This document shows, one piece after another, positions 62,899 through 64,000 of a stretch of DNA of 64,000 bases. The position numbers and the translations under genes were made by a program. The notes beneath the pieces were generated by a model, which worked only from the letters and a program-made list of their open reading frames with translations, was not told the origin of the DNA and did no database searches. The stretch comes from Octopus bimaculoides. Its lineage: Eukaryota. The stretch spans positions 6,283,617 through 6,347,616 of the forward strand of contig NC_068982.1 in assembly GCF_001194135.2 (NCBI RefSeq), read 5' to 3'. Every line of letters begins with the position of its first letter. The first letter of the stretch is position 1.

Positions 62899-63089
62899 TA
62901 TGAAAGGAAGATCTCTTTGTTAAATGAAGTTAAACAGATTTTTTCAAATATTGCTTACTCTTGCCAATCCAATTTTCTCTGTGTTTTTTTTTTTTTAGCA
63001 AGGCATTGTAAAACAATATAGCATCTAATTTATGGCATCTGCACCTGTTTATTGTCTAGGAGGACAGATAACAGCCAATGGAATCTCTC

Positions 63090-63340
63090 CACTTTACTGA
63101 TTTGCGAAAAACTGGAGAAATGGTATTTTTTGGTTACCTTGAAGCAAGTATGAAAACAACAAAATGCCAAATAGAGCTCCTGGGATTAGAAGTCAACAAA
63201 GATGGCTATATTTAACACATCTTAGCAACACCTAAGTAGTACAACGAAGTAGAAACCAACTCAGAATGTCTGTTATGTTTTCAAGATCATCAACACCCGT
63301 GCAGCAGCCTAGAAATGGCAAGCACGGAATAGATTTTCAA
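63090..63340 (+). pseudogene. Possible PLE RT thumb remnant
   Basis: CQIELLGLEVNKDGYI*..LCFQDHQHP loosely fits IxFLDLxI..LxfxSxHP; several stops. Confidence 0.25.
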
Positions 63341-64000
63341 CAAATGAAAACTTAACAACAACCAGTTCGAACTTTAACAGATTGAAATGTAGTTAGAACT
63401 GTATCTCTTATGTTAGTCTATTCATTCATCATTGATACTATTTGCATTATCAGAACATTTTCATTATTCTTGTCATGTTCAAAGTGATATCATTGATATA
63501 GTGTCCAATGGCTTTTCTAACAAAGAATAGAGTTGTTTCATGTTGCATTGTTCTCATAGCGATGTAGTCTAAAAATGACCCCTGGCAACCTTGGCCCCTT
63601 TAACTCATCATTTATGGCAACTGAGACATCCAAGCTTTCGCGTGTTGCTCAGTAACACCAATAACGTCAACAACACAAACTGCTTGGTCATATCTGTTGT
63701 AATGCATTTACTAACACGGTGCTTAAAAGATTATAAATTATTTTTACAATACCACTAACGATTTAATATAGTCTATTTAGTCATCTTTAACATTATTACC
63801 AACATCCACACTGCACTCTGCAAGTAATAACAGAAAACAATTTCTTTAAGCATTATTTATTTTCAAGTTTGTTTACTTTACGCAGTTGTTTGTTCTTTTA
63901 ATTCTTTTGATATTTTATTTTACGAAGCTCTCATTTTCTCATTTTATTTCACTTTTTTACCTTTTTTCCCCGAATTTCTTAATCAAATATAAATTTTGAA

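Overview
AT-rich, repeat-saturated eukaryotic genomic DNA from a gapped draft assembly, with many N runs flanked by microsatellites. The repeat vocabulary (several tRNA-derived SINE families, dense (CA)/(TA)/(TAGA)/(TATG) tracts) suggests an octopus/cephalopod intron or intergenic region; this is inferred from repeat style, not from a database match. No intact protein-coding gene is recognisable, and most ORF-track entries are microsatellite or gap artefacts. Recognisable coding relics are all decayed mobile elements: two mariner transposases, a Tc1/mariner (maT-like) transposase, a Tx1/L1-clade LINE, an RTE-like 3' end and Penelope-like (PLE) GIY-YIG remnants. The main discovery is a set of hammerhead-ribozyme (HHR) motifs in three unrelated repeat families. 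(1) A near-canonical type I HHR at 53521-53603. (2) A tRNA-headed SINE-like element whose tail carries a minimal, loopless-stem-III HHR (5 copies; two head-to-head fold-back pairs plus one single). (3) A second minimal HHR family with a CUGUYGA variant core. All secondary structures were read by eye; none has been folded computationally or tested. Repeat boundaries are approximate (about +/-10-20 bp).
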